Below, in pieces: positions 1 through 9,278 of a DNA stretch of 32,000 nucleotides. The stretch is from positions 100,861 to 132,860 of the forward strand of contig CAZNPL010000003.1 in NCBI GenBank assembly GCA_964574815.1, given 5' to 3'. How positions within the stretch are numbered: position 1 is the stretch's first letter; every line of letters starts with the position of its first letter. Under the pieces are notes generated by a model. It was not told the DNA's origin and made no database searches. It saw only the letters and a list, made by a program, of their open reading frames with translations. The translations under genes and the position numbers were made by a program. The stretch comes from an uncultured Phycisphaeraceae bacterium. Its GTDB lineage: Bacteria; Planctomycetota; Phycisphaerae; UBA1845.

Positions 1-17
1 CACGGAGGACGACGACG

Positions 18-2075
18 ATGTCACGGAAAACGCAGACGCGCGGCAAGTCGCCTGACGCACCTGTCCGCAAGCAAGCGGACGCAGAAACAGGTCAGCCGGT
101 CCCCAATCGGATCGAGCTCCGTTGCCTGCCGGGCAACATCTCGCTGGTGGCGCTGGCCGCCGAAAGTGAGGGCGAATCGATCCCGCGCTTCACGATGATC
201 GCCTACACCGGCGAGGCCATGCGCATCGAGGGCTGGCGGTTCCCCGTCGTGGTCGACCTCGACGGTCTGTCGATTCCGTCGCAGCGCAGGCCGGTTCGGT
301 TCGGCCACAGCATGTACGCCGGCGTGGGGCATACGGAACGAATCGCCGTCGAAGCGGGCCGGTTGATCGCCGAGGGCATCGTTTCCCGCGACACCGCTGC
401 GGCCCGCGAGGTCGTCGCCAGCGGGAAGCGCGGCTTCCCGTGGCAGGCGTCGATCGGCGCCCAGGTCGCGCAGGCCGAATTCGTGCGGAACGGAAAGAAC
501 ATCACGGTCAACGGCAGGACGTTCGACGGTCCGCTCTATGTTGCCCGCCGGACGGTGCTGGGCGAGATCAGTTTCGTCGACCTCGGAGCAGACACGAACA
601 CCACCGCGACCATCGCGGCGCAACAGCAGGAGAACGTACTCATGGACGACACGAACGACACGCAGGTCACGCAGACCGAAATCACGGATTCGCCGCCGGA
701 ACCGGCGCGCGAGACGCAGGCGGACGGGAATGGCACGGAGGCCCGCCCGCCCGTCAACCCGGTGGGTGAACTGCGCGCGCAGGCCTTGGCCGAAACGAAG
801 CGCATCGGCGCCATCCGGCGCATCTGCGCGGGCAAATTCTCGGAGATCGAGGAGAAGGCCATCGCCGAGGGCTGGACCGAGGAAAAGTGCGAGCTGGAGA
901 AGCTGCGGGCCTCGCGCCCCAAGGCGCCGGCCATCCACGCCGTGGAGAACGCGATGGGCGGCCAGGTCCTCGAAGCGGCGTGCATGCTCACGGGCAAGTC
1001 GGCCAAGGTCGAGGAGCTCTTTGACGAAAAGACCCTCGAAGCGGCTTCGAAGCGCTTTCGAGGCGGCATCGGATTGCAGGAGCTTCTGCTCGAAGCCGCA
1101 TGGGCCAACGGCTACACCGGCCGCAATTTCCGCGACAGCCGATCGGTGCTGCGCTTCGCCTTCGGCCAGAACCTTCAGGCGGCGTTCTCGACCATCGACA
1201 TCGGCGGCATCCTCTCAAACGTGGCGAATAAGTTCCTGGTGGAAGGCTTCTTTAGCGTCGAGCGGACCTGGCGGAACATCACCAGCGTCCGCAACGTCAG
1301 CGACTTCAAGACCGTCACGAGTTACCGGCTAGTCGGCAAGGACCAGTACGAGAAAGTCGCCCCCGGCGGCGAACTTAAGCACGGCACGCTGGGCGAGCTG
1401 GCGTACACCAACAAGGCCGACACGTACGGCCTGCTGCTGTCCATCGACCGTCGGGACATCATCAACGATGACCTGGGGGCGATCACGACCGTGCCGCGCA
1501 AGCTCGGTCGCGGATCGGGCTTGAAGATCAACGACGTGTTCTGGTCCACGTTTATGAACAACGCGGCGTTCTTCGCCGCGGGCAACAACAACTACCTGAC
1601 CGGCGCGGATACGACGCTGAGCATCGACGGCCTGACCAAGGCTGAGGTTGCGTTCCTGAACCAGACGGACCCGGACGGCAAGCCCATCGGCATCATGCCG
1701 CAGGTCATCTTGGTCCCCACGGCGCTCAGCGCGATGGGCACGATGCTGTTCAAGTCGCTGGAGATCCGCGACACGACGGCCTCGACCAAGTTCCCCGTGG
1801 CCAACCCGCACGCCGGCAAGTTCCGCGTCGAGGTCAGCCGGTATCTCTCCAACACGCAATACACCGGCTTCTCCGACAAGGCGTGGTATCTGCTGGCCGA
1901 TCCGACCGACCTGCCGGTCATCGAGGTCGCGTTCCTCAACGGGCAGGAGTCGCCCACGATCGAAACCGCCGAGGCCGACTTCCACGTGCTGGGCGTGCAG
2001 ATGCGCGGCTACCACGACTTCGGCGTCGCGCTTCAAGAGCCGCGCGGTGGGATCAAGAGCAAGGGCGAGGCGTAA
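18..2075 (+). CDS. Prohead protease / scaffold-like linker / major capsid protein fusion
   Basis: 685-aa ORF with ATG preceded by GGAGGA. The N-terminal third looks like an HK97-type prohead serine protease (RFGHSMYAGVGHTERI..., GFPWQASIGAQV). The middle is charged and helical (AETKRIGAIRRICAGKFSEIEEKAIAEG). The C-terminal ~400 aa resembles Mu gpT/HK97-fold capsid proteins. The call rests on motif memory. Confidence 0.7.
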   Translation: MSRKTQTRGKSPDAPVRKQADAETGQPVPNRIELRCLPGNISLVALAAESEGESIPRFTMIAYTGEAMRIEGWRFPVVVDLDGLSIPSQRRPVRFGHSMYAGVGHTERIAVEAGRLIAEGIVSRDTAAAREVVASGKRGFPWQASIGAQVAQAEFVRNGKNITVNGRTFDGPLYVARRTVLGEISFVDLGADTNTTATIAAQQQENVLMDDTNDTQVTQTEITDSPPEPARETQADGNGTEARPPVNPVGELRAQALAETKRIGAIRRICAGKFSEIEEKAIAEGWTEEKCELEKLRASRPKAPAIHAVENAMGGQVLEAACMLTGKSAKVEELFDEKTLEAASKRFRGGIGLQELLLEAAWANGYTGRNFRDSRSVLRFAFGQNLQAAFSTIDIGGILSNVANKFLVEGFFSVERTWRNITSVRNVSDFKTVTSYRLVGKDQYEKVAPGGELKHGTLGELAYTNKADTYGLLLSIDRRDIINDDLGAITTVPRKLGRGSGLKINDVFWSTFMNNAAFFAAGNNNYLTGADTTLSIDGLTKAEVAFLNQTDPDGKPIGIMPQVILVPTALSAMGTMLFKSLEIRDTTASTKFPVANPHAGKFRVEVSRYLSNTQYTGFSDKAWYLLADPTDLPVIEVAFLNGQESPTIETAEADFHVLGVQMRGYHDFGVALQEPRGGIKSKGEA

Positions 2076-2102
2076 GCCCTGCAATCAAAGGAGTAATCCG
2101 AC

Positions 2103-2447
2103 ATGGCAACGTTCGTACAAGAAGGTGACAGCATCGAATACACGCCCGGCGTCGACCTGGCTGCCGGTGCTGTCGTGGCACAAGGCGTCCTGATCGGTGT
2201 GGCTATGAGGCCGATTCCGGCCAACACGCTCGGTGCGCTGAGAGTACGAGGCATTTTTGATTTGCCGAAGGAAGCCGGCGTACCTTTCGTCGAAGATTTT
2301 GGAGAGCGCGTTTATTGGGATCCCCTTGCCGGAGTAGCGACGCCTACTTCTACCGCACCCAATCAGCCGCTCGGTGCGACGGTACGTCCAGCTGCCGCTC
2401 CTGATCCGACCGTACGGGTTCTCGTGACTCCCAGCCTCGGCGCTTGA
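2103..2447 (+). CDS. DUF2190-family phage head protein (decoration/cement-like)
   Basis: 114 aa; GGAG lies 9 nt upstream of the ATG. The N-terminus MATFVQEGDSIEYTPGVDLAAGAVVAQGVLIGVA...GIFDLPKE...VYWD matches the remembered DUF2190 pattern, and the gene sits directly after the capsid gene. Confidence 0.7.
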   Translation: MATFVQEGDSIEYTPGVDLAAGAVVAQGVLIGVAMRPIPANTLGALRVRGIFDLPKEAGVPFVEDFGERVYWDPLAGVATPTSTAPNQPLGATVRPAAAPDPTVRVLVTPSLGA

Positions 2448-2450
2448 TTG

Positions 2451-2834
2451 ATGGCTGACCTGCTCGAACAAGGCGTTTCGTGGCTGGACGGGATGCGGGA
2501 GACGCACCTGTCGCGCGCGGTCACGTACCAACGCGGCGTCGAATCCATCGACCTTGCGGCCACGTCGGGGTCCACGACCTACGAGGTCGCCGACGAAGCG
2601 GGCGTGATCGTGCAGGCCAAGGCCACGGATTTCATCGTGTCGGCTGAGGCCCTCGTGCTCGGCGGTGCGGCAACGAAACCGCAGGTGGGTGATCGGATTC
2701 GCCTGCCAAGTGCAACCAAGGTGCTGATCTTCGAGGTGCTCGACCTGGGAGGTGCGGGTCACTACAGACCCTCGGACCCGCACGGAAAGATGCTGCGGAT
2801 TCACGCCAAGCAGGTGGATGAGGAACCGTTGTGA
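2451..2834 (+). CDS. Hypothetical phage head-tail connector/adaptor-like protein
   Basis: The ORF track starts at TTG 2448; ATG at 2451 is the more likely start (MADLLEQG...). Its position follows the capsid and DUF2190 genes. No motif was recognised with certainty. Confidence 0.5.
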   Translation: MADLLEQGVSWLDGMRETHLSRAVTYQRGVESIDLAATSGSTTYEVADEAGVIVQAKATDFIVSAEALVLGGAATKPQVGDRIRLPSATKVLIFEVLDLGGAGHYRPSDPHGKMLRIHAKQVDEEPL

Positions 2835-2846
2835 TCGGAAGCTGAC

Positions 2847-3209
2847 ATGGCGCGACGCTGGCTTAACTCGATGGACGTGGAGGTATCGCCAAACGGCGCG
2901 CCGCTGTTCGACGTGGCCGGGTGCGCGTCGTTCGTCGGCGGCACCAAGACCGTGCCGTCAGCGGCTACGCCGCAGGCGCTGGTCGCTTCGTCTACGCCGT
3001 GTCGGTTCGTGTGGATCGGAGCGCGGGTGGACAACAACGGCAATCCACAAAACACCGCTCCGTGCTTCATCGGCGACTCGGCGGGACAGAACATCCCGAT
3101 CCTGCCCAGCAACTACGAGGGCGTCGTCATCCGCATCGACGACGCCAGCAAGGTCTTCGTGCGGGTGGTAGTGAACAACCAGGGCGTGGTGTACCGGATC
3201 TTCGCGTAG
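2847..3209 (+). CDS. Hypothetical phage protein
   Basis: 120-aa ORF with an ATG start, protein-like composition, and packed between neighbouring phage genes. Confidence 0.5.
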   Translation: MARRWLNSMDVEVSPNGAPLFDVAGCASFVGGTKTVPSAATPQALVASSTPCRFVWIGARVDNNGNPQNTAPCFIGDSAGQNIPILPSNYEGVVIRIDDASKVFVRVVVNNQGVVYRIFA

Positions 3210-3217
3210 GAGCTGTC

Positions 3218-4057
3218 GTGGCCGTCTTTACGAGCATTCAAACCGGCAACTGGCACACCGCGACCACCTGGGATCAGGGAGCGATCCCCAATCTCAGCGT
3301 GGACGACGTCGTTGTTGCCCCAGGCCACACGGTCACGTTCGGGGCCGGCCAGTATGCCTCGCTCGCGCCGGGTCGGCTCATCCTGGTGGTTGCAGGCGGC
3401 ACGCTCAGGATTCAAGGCGCGCTCGAGGCCTACAACAGCGAGATTCACCTATTCGGCACGCTGACCTCGGAAGGCGACTACGTCTATGTATGGGGCAGCG
3501 CTGAACTGTTTGTCTATCCCGGCGCCACGCTTACGGTCACTACCGGCTTCTACCTCGCGTATAGCGCGACGGCGAGCATCCAGGGGCAGATGACCATCGA
3601 GTCGGGGGCTTTGGCCGACCTGTTCAACTACCCCACGCTGATGCTGGAAGCTGGCGGCACCATCCAGACCTACGGCACTTGGTACATCGAATGGAACAGC
3701 CAAGCCACGATCCGCGACGACTTCAGCATCGAGGACGGCGGTACGGTAAGTCTTTTCGACTATCCGGTGGTCACCATCGAGGGCAGCGGCGCCGCGTTCG
3801 TCTACGGGACGTTCTACGTTGCATGGAACGCTCGCTGCGAGCTGTTCGGCTACCTGGGCGTCGCCAGCACTGGTCTGCTCTCCGTCAGCAGTACCGGTCT
3901 GATCAATGTCTATAAGGATATCCGTCTCGGCGGGCGGCTGACCGGCGGCGGCAAGATCGTGATGCTGCGCCGCGAGGGCCGCATCCTGGACTTCAACGAT
4001 AACCCCGTGTTCGTGCTGGACCGCGCCTTCGGCTACAGCAAGGCGCTCGTTGCGTGA
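3218..4057 (+). CDS. Beta-solenoid-like repeat protein (possible head or neck fibre)
   Basis: GTG at 3218 has AGGAG 5 nt upstream; the 2921 start in the ORF track overlaps the previous gene. The N-terminus reads TGNWHTATTWDQGAIPNLSVDDVVVAPGHTVTF, followed by repeated G-x-T-L/V-x-V/I strand-like units (GGTLRIQG, PGATLTVTTG, AGGTIQTYGT, DGGTVSLF, GSGAAFVYGT). Confidence 0.55.
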   Translation: MAVFTSIQTGNWHTATTWDQGAIPNLSVDDVVVAPGHTVTFGAGQYASLAPGRLILVVAGGTLRIQGALEAYNSEIHLFGTLTSEGDYVYVWGSAELFVYPGATLTVTTGFYLAYSATASIQGQMTIESGALADLFNYPTLMLEAGGTIQTYGTWYIEWNSQATIRDDFSIEDGGTVSLFDYPVVTIEGSGAAFVYGTFYVAWNARCELFGYLGVASTGLLSVSSTGLINVYKDIRLGGRLTGGGKIVMLRREGRILDFNDNPVFVLDRAFGYSKALVA

Positions 4058-4065
4058 GGTGAATC

Positions 4066-4413
4066 ATGCCCCCTTTGAATCCCGACATCCCGCAGGAAGT
4101 GCAAGACCGGCTGAACCGCACGCCGGCGCAGCGGAAGGCTGATCTTGAAGCCAGTCGGCAGGCGCGGCTGGACGCGATGACGCCGGAGCAAAGGCAAGCC
4201 GCGCAGGCGCACATCGATCGGATCAACGCCATTCCCGACGACAAGCGTCCGGCGTTCGTCCAGGGCGCGCGTCTGGCAGTGACCGCAAAAACGATCAAGG
4301 CGCGCGTCGATGACGGCATGCCCATGCGCGACGTGCTTGATGCGCTCGACGTGGAAGAGACGACGGCAGTGAACTGGCTGGCGGACCAGGTAGCGGCGGC
4401 GAGGACACCGTAA
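4066..4413 (+). CDS. Hypothetical phage protein
   Basis: 115 aa; GAGGTG lies upstream of the ATG; the stop overlaps the next start (TAATG). Confidence 0.5.
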   Translation: MPPLNPDIPQEVQDRLNRTPAQRKADLEASRQARLDAMTPEQRQAAQAHIDRINAIPDDKRPAFVQGARLAVTAKTIKARVDDGMPMRDVLDALDVEETTAVNWLADQVAAARTP

Positions 4414-4838
4414 TGTCGCAAATCACCGACATCGCCGACGCAGTCGTCGCCGCTCTGAACGGTCAGACGTTCAGTCAGCCGGTAGCAGCCGAGCGGGCGT
4501 ATCGAGCGGCCTTCGACCTTCAGGAGATGAAGGACCTGCACGTAACCGTGGTGCCCAAGGGCGTGGAACTGGTCACCGCCGGGCGCGGCCTGGCGCAGAG
4601 CGACGTGCAGATCGACATCGGCGTGCAGAAGAAGCTGGGCACCGGCGACGACGCGGAGATAGACGAGTTGATGGGCCTGGTGCAGGAGATCACCGAGTTC
4701 GTACGGGCAACCCGGCAGTTCGGCGACGCCGTGTGGGTGAAGAGCGAGAACACGCCCATCTACTCGCAGGAGCATCTAGGCGAGCTGCGCCAGTTCACGA
4801 GCGTGCTGACGCTTACGCTACGGGTGATGACCACATGA
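4413..4838 (+). CDS. Hypothetical phage neck/head-closure-like protein
   Basis: 141 aa, translationally coupled at both ends. The position between head and tail genes suggests a neck role; no firm motif was found. Confidence 0.5.
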   Translation: MSQITDIADAVVAALNGQTFSQPVAAERAYRAAFDLQEMKDLHVTVVPKGVELVTAGRGLAQSDVQIDIGVQKKLGTGDDAEIDELMGLVQEITEFVRATRQFGDAVWVKSENTPIYSQEHLGELRQFTSVLTLTLRVMTT

Positions 4839-5275
4839 TCCGTATGGTGACCAAGCAGATGTTCTTCGACCGGAAGGCGGTCACAAGCAGGGTGGACCGC
4901 GCGACGCGGAAGGTGTTGTCGCGCTTCGGGGCGTTCGTGCGGACCGGTGCTCGGCACAGTATCCGCAAGCGCAAGGCGACCAGCGCGCCGGGCGAGCCGC
5001 CGAGCTCGCACACCGGGCTGCTGCGGAAGTTCATCTTCTTCGGCTACGACCGCGACCGCCGCAGCGTCGTCATCGGCCCGCAACGATTGAACCAGAAGGT
5101 CGGCGACGCGCCGCACGCGCTCGAATACGGCGGCACCTCCACTGTGGTCGAGGGATTGCGGAGCAGGCGGAAAAAACGCCGCATTAAGGTTGCAGCTAGG
5201 CCCTTCATGGGACCGGCGTTCGAGCGCGAGCAACCGAAGCTGCCGGCGATGTGGGCGAAAAGCATCAAGGCGTAG
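4835..5275 (+). CDS. HK97 gp10-like / tail-completion family protein (tentative)
   Basis: ATG at 4835 overlaps the previous stop (ATGA). The motif SAPGEPPSSHTGLLRKFIFFGYD resembles the G-x-PP...TG-x-L signature remembered for this family. Confidence 0.55.
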   Translation: MIRMVTKQMFFDRKAVTSRVDRATRKVLSRFGAFVRTGARHSIRKRKATSAPGEPPSSHTGLLRKFIFFGYDRDRRSVVIGPQRLNQKVGDAPHALEYGGTSTVVEGLRSRRKKRRIKVAARPFMGPAFEREQPKLPAMWAKSIKA

Positions 5276-5287
5276 GAGGCCGTTGAC

Positions 5288-5719
5288 ATGGCGACTTTCA
5301 TTCTGGGCATGAATGCCAAGATTTATCAGGGCACGGCGGGCGATCCGCTCGCGTCGCTGGCCGAAATGGGCAACGTCCGCGACGTGACGCTGACCCTTGA
5401 GGCGGGCGAGGCGGACATCACCACGCGTGCCAACTCCGGCTGGCGAGCGACCGCCCCGACACTGCGCGAATGCACCGCCGAGTTCGAGATGGTCTGGAAA
5501 CCGGGCGACGCGGGGTTCGATGCGGTCAAGAACGCGTTCCTGACCAGCACCACCCTGGAGCTTGCCATCCTCGATCAGGACAAGGCCACCGCCGGTGCGC
5601 AGGGTCCAAAGGGATCGTTCTCGATCACGTCGTTCTCCCGCAACGAGGCACTCGAGGAGGCCATCACCGTGTCGGTGACGGCCAAACTCGCGGAATTCGA
5701 CGAATGGGTGGTGGTGTAA
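5288..5719 (+). CDS. Major tail protein (TP901-1 / GTA g9-like family)
   Basis: 143 aa with AGGAGG upstream. The size, the position before the chaperone and tape measure, and the sequence pattern (GEADITTRANSGWRATAPTLRECTAEFEMVW ... GSFSITSFSRNEALEEAITVSVTAK) fit this family. Confidence 0.7.
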   Translation: MATFILGMNAKIYQGTAGDPLASLAEMGNVRDVTLTLEAGEADITTRANSGWRATAPTLRECTAEFEMVWKPGDAGFDAVKNAFLTSTTLELAILDQDKATAGAQGPKGSFSITSFSRNEALEEAITVSVTAKLAEFDEWVVV

Positions 5720-5721
5720 TC

Positions 5722-6201
5722 ATGAAGACCTTTACCGATACAGCCAGGCGTACCTGGACGATCGCGCTGACCATCGACGCGGCCAAGCGGGTCAAGGGCC
5801 TGCTCGACGTGAACCTGCTGGAATTGGAATCCGGCGACCCGCCGTTGCTGACACGTCTTGGCACGGACGTGATCCTGCTGTGCGACGTGATCTTCGCATT
5901 GGTCAAACCGCAGGCCGACACCGCCGGCGTGACCGACGAGCAGTTCGGCGCGGCACTGGGCGGCGAGGCGATCCTGGCGGCGCAGACGGCGCTGTACGAG
6001 GAACTCGTCCATTTTTTCCGGGGCCTGGGCCGAAACGATCTGGCCAAAGCCGTCGAGGCCCAGCGGCGGATGATCGACCTGGCGGTCAGCAGGATCGAGA
6101 CGCGGATCGACAAGCTGGACCTCGAAGCCGCGATCGAGACGACCCTTGGCGAGTCATTTACGAACTTGCCGGCGTCTGCGGCGTCGATCCCGGCCCGCTG
6201 A
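5722..6201 (+). CDS. Tail assembly chaperone (gpG-like)
   Basis: 159-aa acidic ORF starting at ATG 5722, located between the major tail and tape measure genes. Its 3' end is overlapped by a -1-frame ORF. Confidence 0.6.
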   Translation: MKTFTDTARRTWTIALTIDAAKRVKGLLDVNLLELESGDPPLLTRLGTDVILLCDVIFALVKPQADTAGVTDEQFGAALGGEAILAAQTALYEELVHFFRGLGRNDLAKAVEAQRRMIDLAVSRIETRIDKLDLEAAIETTLGESFTNLPASAASIPAR

Positions 6202-6431
6202 CGCTCCGCGAACTGTTGTGGATGGCCGAAGCCCGCGGCCGAGAAGGCTGGGCGCATACGTCGGCGATCCTCACGTTGATCGCCAACGTGAACCGCGACC
6301 CTAAGAAGACCCGGCCCTTCAAGCCCAGCGACTTCGACCCCTACTCGGCGAAGGACCGGCGCGAGGATGCGATTGAAGTGAAAGACATGGCGGTCCTGCG
6401 GGACGCATTTAACCCCAACCCCGGAAGGTGA
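6153..6431 (+). CDS. -1-frame ORF overlapping the chaperone 3' end (gpT-like extension, or a small separate ORF from ATG 6222)
   Basis: The frame is open from 5880. Protein-like sequence starts around ...YELAGVCGVDPGPLTLRELLWMAEARGREGWAHTSAILTLIANVNRDPKKTRPFKPSDFDPY and ends 11 nt before the tape measure start. The 5' boundary is arbitrary. Confidence 0.4.
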   Translation, partial: VIYELAGVCGVDPGPLTLRELLWMAEARGREGWAHTSAILTLIANVNRDPKKTRPFKPSDFDPYSAKDRREDAIEVKDMAVLRDAFNPNPGR

Positions 6432-6441
6432 CGAGTGACGC

Positions 6442-8454
6442 ATGCCCCAGGCGGGAGCCATTCGAGCGGGTCGTGCGTTCGTCGAGCTGTTCGCCGACGA
6501 CAGCAAGCTCGTGCGCGGGTTGAAGCGCGCCCAGGCCAAGCTCAAAGCCTTCGGTGAAGGCGTCCGCAACTTGGGCCTCAAACTCGCCGGCCTGGGGTCG
6601 GCCATCGTCGCGCCGCTGATCGCTTCGACGAAGGTCTTCGCCAAGATGGGCGACGACCTTGCCAAGATGTCAGCGCGAACCGGCTTTTCCGTCGAATCGC
6701 TCTCCGAGTTGGGCTTCGCCGCCGAACTGTCGGGTACGAGCATCGAGGTGCTTGAGAACGGCATCCGCAAGATGCAGCGGACGATCGTGGACGCCGCCAC
6801 CGGTATGCAGAGCGCGCAGGAGGCGCTGTCGATCCTCGGTCTGACTGTCGCGGACCTCGACAAGCTTTCCCCCGAAGAGCAATTCAAGCTCATCGCCGAC
6901 CGGCTGGCCGCCATCGAGGACCCCACCCTCAAGGCCGCCGTCGCGATGGAGCTGTTCGGGCGCAGCGGAACGCAGCTTCTGCCCATGCTGAACGCCGGAG
7001 CGGCGGGCATCGAGCAACTTCAGGAACAGGCCCGCAAGCTGGGGCTGACCATCTCCACTAAAGACGCCAAGGCCGCCGAGCGCTTCACCGACACGCTTTC
7101 CATCATGTGGCGGGTGCTCAAGCAGAACGTCTTCGTGGTCGGCTCGGCCCTGGTGCCCGTGCTGACGCGAGCGGCGAACTGGCTGACGAACATCGCCGTG
7201 GTCGCGGCCGACTGGATCAAGCAGAACAAGGAACTGATCGTCACCATCTTCAAAGTGGCCGTCGCAACTGTCGGTGCGGGCGCGGCGCTGGTCGTGCTGG
7301 GCACTGCGATCACGGGTGTGGCGAAGGCGCTGGGCGTGCTGGCCGTCGTGATCACCGGGGTCGGGACGGCGCTCAAACTGCTCGGCGCGGTGCTTGCGTT
7401 TCTCGTCTCGCCCATCGGCCTGGTCATCACGGCTGTCGTGGCGCTCGGTGTCGCCATTCTTCACGTCACCGGCGCTGGCGCGAAGGCCCTGGGCTGGCTG
7501 GGTGAGAAGTTCAACGTGCTCAAGGAGGACGCCATCTCTGCCTATCAGGGCATCGCCGACGCCCTGGCCACCGGAGATATCGCCCTGGCGGCGAAGATTC
7601 TCTGGCTGACCCTGAAGATGGAGTGGACGCGGGGGATCAACTTCCTGGAGAAGGCCTGGCTCAACTTCCGCAACTTCTTCATCCAGATCGGCGTCGATGC
7701 GTGGCACGGTCTGCTCGCCGCCGTCGAGGTGGTCTGGCACTCCCTCCAGGTCGGGTGGATCGAAACGACGGCATTCCTCTCCAAGACCTGGACACAGTTC
7801 ACCAGTTGGGTGCAGGAGGCGTGGGCCTGGACGGGCCGGCAGCTCGCCAAGGCGTGGAACTTCCTGCGCAAGCAGTTCGATTCGAGCTTCGACGCGGACG
7901 CGGCGAACCGCGCCGCCGAGGAGTTCTACCAGTCGCGCAAGGCCCAAATCGAAATGCAGACCGGCCAGGCGCTCGCCGACCGCGAGGCCCAGCGACAGCG
8001 CGACCGTGAAAAGTCTGCACGCGACCACGAAGGTGCGATGGCCGAGATCGGCCGCGAGAACCTCGAAAAGCATCGAGAACTCGACGCCGAGTATGAACGG
8101 CGCATCGCCGAGAACGAGGCCGACCTCGCCCGGGCGCGGAAGGAGTGGCAGGACGCGCTGGCCGAGGCTCGGCGCAAACGTGCGGCCAAGGAAGCGGCCG
8201 ACGGGGCGGAAGAGATCGAAGGGCCGGAAGACCTGCTCGGCAAGATTCGCACGAGTCTTTCCGGCTTGGGCGATCTGCTCGAAACAGCGAAGGAACGCAC
8301 CATCAACGTGATCGGCACGTTCAACGCCTCGGCGCTGCTGGGCCTACAGGCTGGAAGCGCTGACGACCGCATCGCCAGCGCCACCGAGCGCACGGCCAAG
8401 GGAATCGACGGTCTGCGTCTGGACGTGCGCAACAACCGCGCGGCCTTTTCGTGA
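6442..8454 (+). CDS. Tail tape measure protein
   Basis: 670 aa. The N-terminal region is typical of tape measure proteins (LAKMSARTGFSVESLSELGFAAELSGTSIEVLENGIRKMQRTI...LFGRSGTQLLPML). It also has hydrophobic Gly/Ala/Val segments, a Trp/Phe-periodic region and a C-terminal coiled-coil-like charged region. Confidence 0.85.
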   Translation: MPQAGAIRAGRAFVELFADDSKLVRGLKRAQAKLKAFGEGVRNLGLKLAGLGSAIVAPLIASTKVFAKMGDDLAKMSARTGFSVESLSELGFAAELSGTSIEVLENGIRKMQRTIVDAATGMQSAQEALSILGLTVADLDKLSPEEQFKLIADRLAAIEDPTLKAAVAMELFGRSGTQLLPMLNAGAAGIEQLQEQARKLGLTISTKDAKAAERFTDTLSIMWRVLKQNVFVVGSALVPVLTRAANWLTNIAVVAADWIKQNKELIVTIFKVAVATVGAGAALVVLGTAITGVAKALGVLAVVITGVGTALKLLGAVLAFLVSPIGLVITAVVALGVAILHVTGAGAKALGWLGEKFNVLKEDAISAYQGIADALATGDIALAAKILWLTLKMEWTRGINFLEKAWLNFRNFFIQIGVDAWHGLLAAVEVVWHSLQVGWIETTAFLSKTWTQFTSWVQEAWAWTGRQLAKAWNFLRKQFDSSFDADAANRAAEEFYQSRKAQIEMQTGQALADREAQRQRDREKSARDHEGAMAEIGRENLEKHRELDAEYERRIAENEADLARARKEWQDALAEARRKRAAKEAADGAEEIEGPEDLLGKIRTSLSGLGDLLETAKERTINVIGTFNASALLGLQAGSADDRIASATERTAKGIDGLRLDVRNNRAAFS

Positions 8455-8462
8455 GATGATCC

Positions 8463-9275
8463 ATGCCGGTAACGCTCACCGAGAAACTCGACAGCCGCAA
8501 GTGGACCACCGGCGACAACGCCTCGGTGGAGATGGTCTATATCCTCACCGGTACGAGCGACGACCTCACCGCCAAGGTGCTGATCGAGAACTCCACGGCC
8601 ATCTACTACAATGGTCTGGTCCGCCAGTCGATCCAGATCGAGCCGGAGTGGGTGGACGAAACCACCGGCGAAGGCCAGTGGAACGCCACGGTGCGCTACG
8701 GCGTGCGGCCCCCGATCGAGGTGGGAGAGTCGTCGTTCGCCTTCGATACCTCCGGCGGCGCGCAGCACATCACCCAGTCGCTCGCGACCATCGCCAGTTA
8801 CGCCGCCAGCGGAACCCCTCCCAACTTCGGCGGCGCGGTCGGCGTCACCCACGACAGCGTCGAAGGCGTGGACATCACCATCCCGGTCTACAGTTTTTCG
8901 GAAACGCATTTCCTCGACGCCGCGTTCGTCACCCCGGCCTACTACGGCACGCTGTTCAACCTCACGGGCAAGGTCAACAACGCCTCGTTCAAAGGTTTGG
9001 CCGCTGGCGAATGCCTGTTTCTGGGTGCATCCGGCTCGAAGCGCGGCACGGAGGATTGGGAGATCACCTTCCGCTTCGCGGGTTCGCCCAACCGCACCGG
9101 CCTGGTGGTCGGTCCTATGACGGGCATCGCCAAGAAAGGCTGGGAGTATATGTGGGTCCGCTACGCGGACTCGGAAGACACCGTCGCCAAGGCCATCGTG
9201 AAGAAACCCGTCGCCGCCTACATCGAGCGCGTCTACGACGAAGGCGACTTCTCCCTGTTGGGCATCGGAGTGTAG
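8463..9275 (+). CDS. Hypothetical distal tail protein (by position)
   Basis: 270-aa ORF with an ATG start, immediately after the tape measure gene; protein-like composition. Confidence 0.5.
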   Translation: MPVTLTEKLDSRKWTTGDNASVEMVYILTGTSDDLTAKVLIENSTAIYYNGLVRQSIQIEPEWVDETTGEGQWNATVRYGVRPPIEVGESSFAFDTSGGAQHITQSLATIASYAASGTPPNFGGAVGVTHDSVEGVDITIPVYSFSETHFLDAAFVTPAYYGTLFNLTGKVNNASFKGLAAGECLFLGASGSKRGTEDWEITFRFAGSPNRTGLVVGPMTGIAKKGWEYMWVRYADSEDTVAKAIVKKPVAAYIERVYDEGDFSLLGIGV

Positions 9276-9278
9276 CCG

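Noticed and set aside
2921-3217. 5' extension of the 378-aa ORF overlapping gene 2847-3209
   Set aside because: The extension is Arg-rich nonsense and fully overlaps a plausible gene. GTG 3218 with AGGAG upstream gives a sensible N-terminus.
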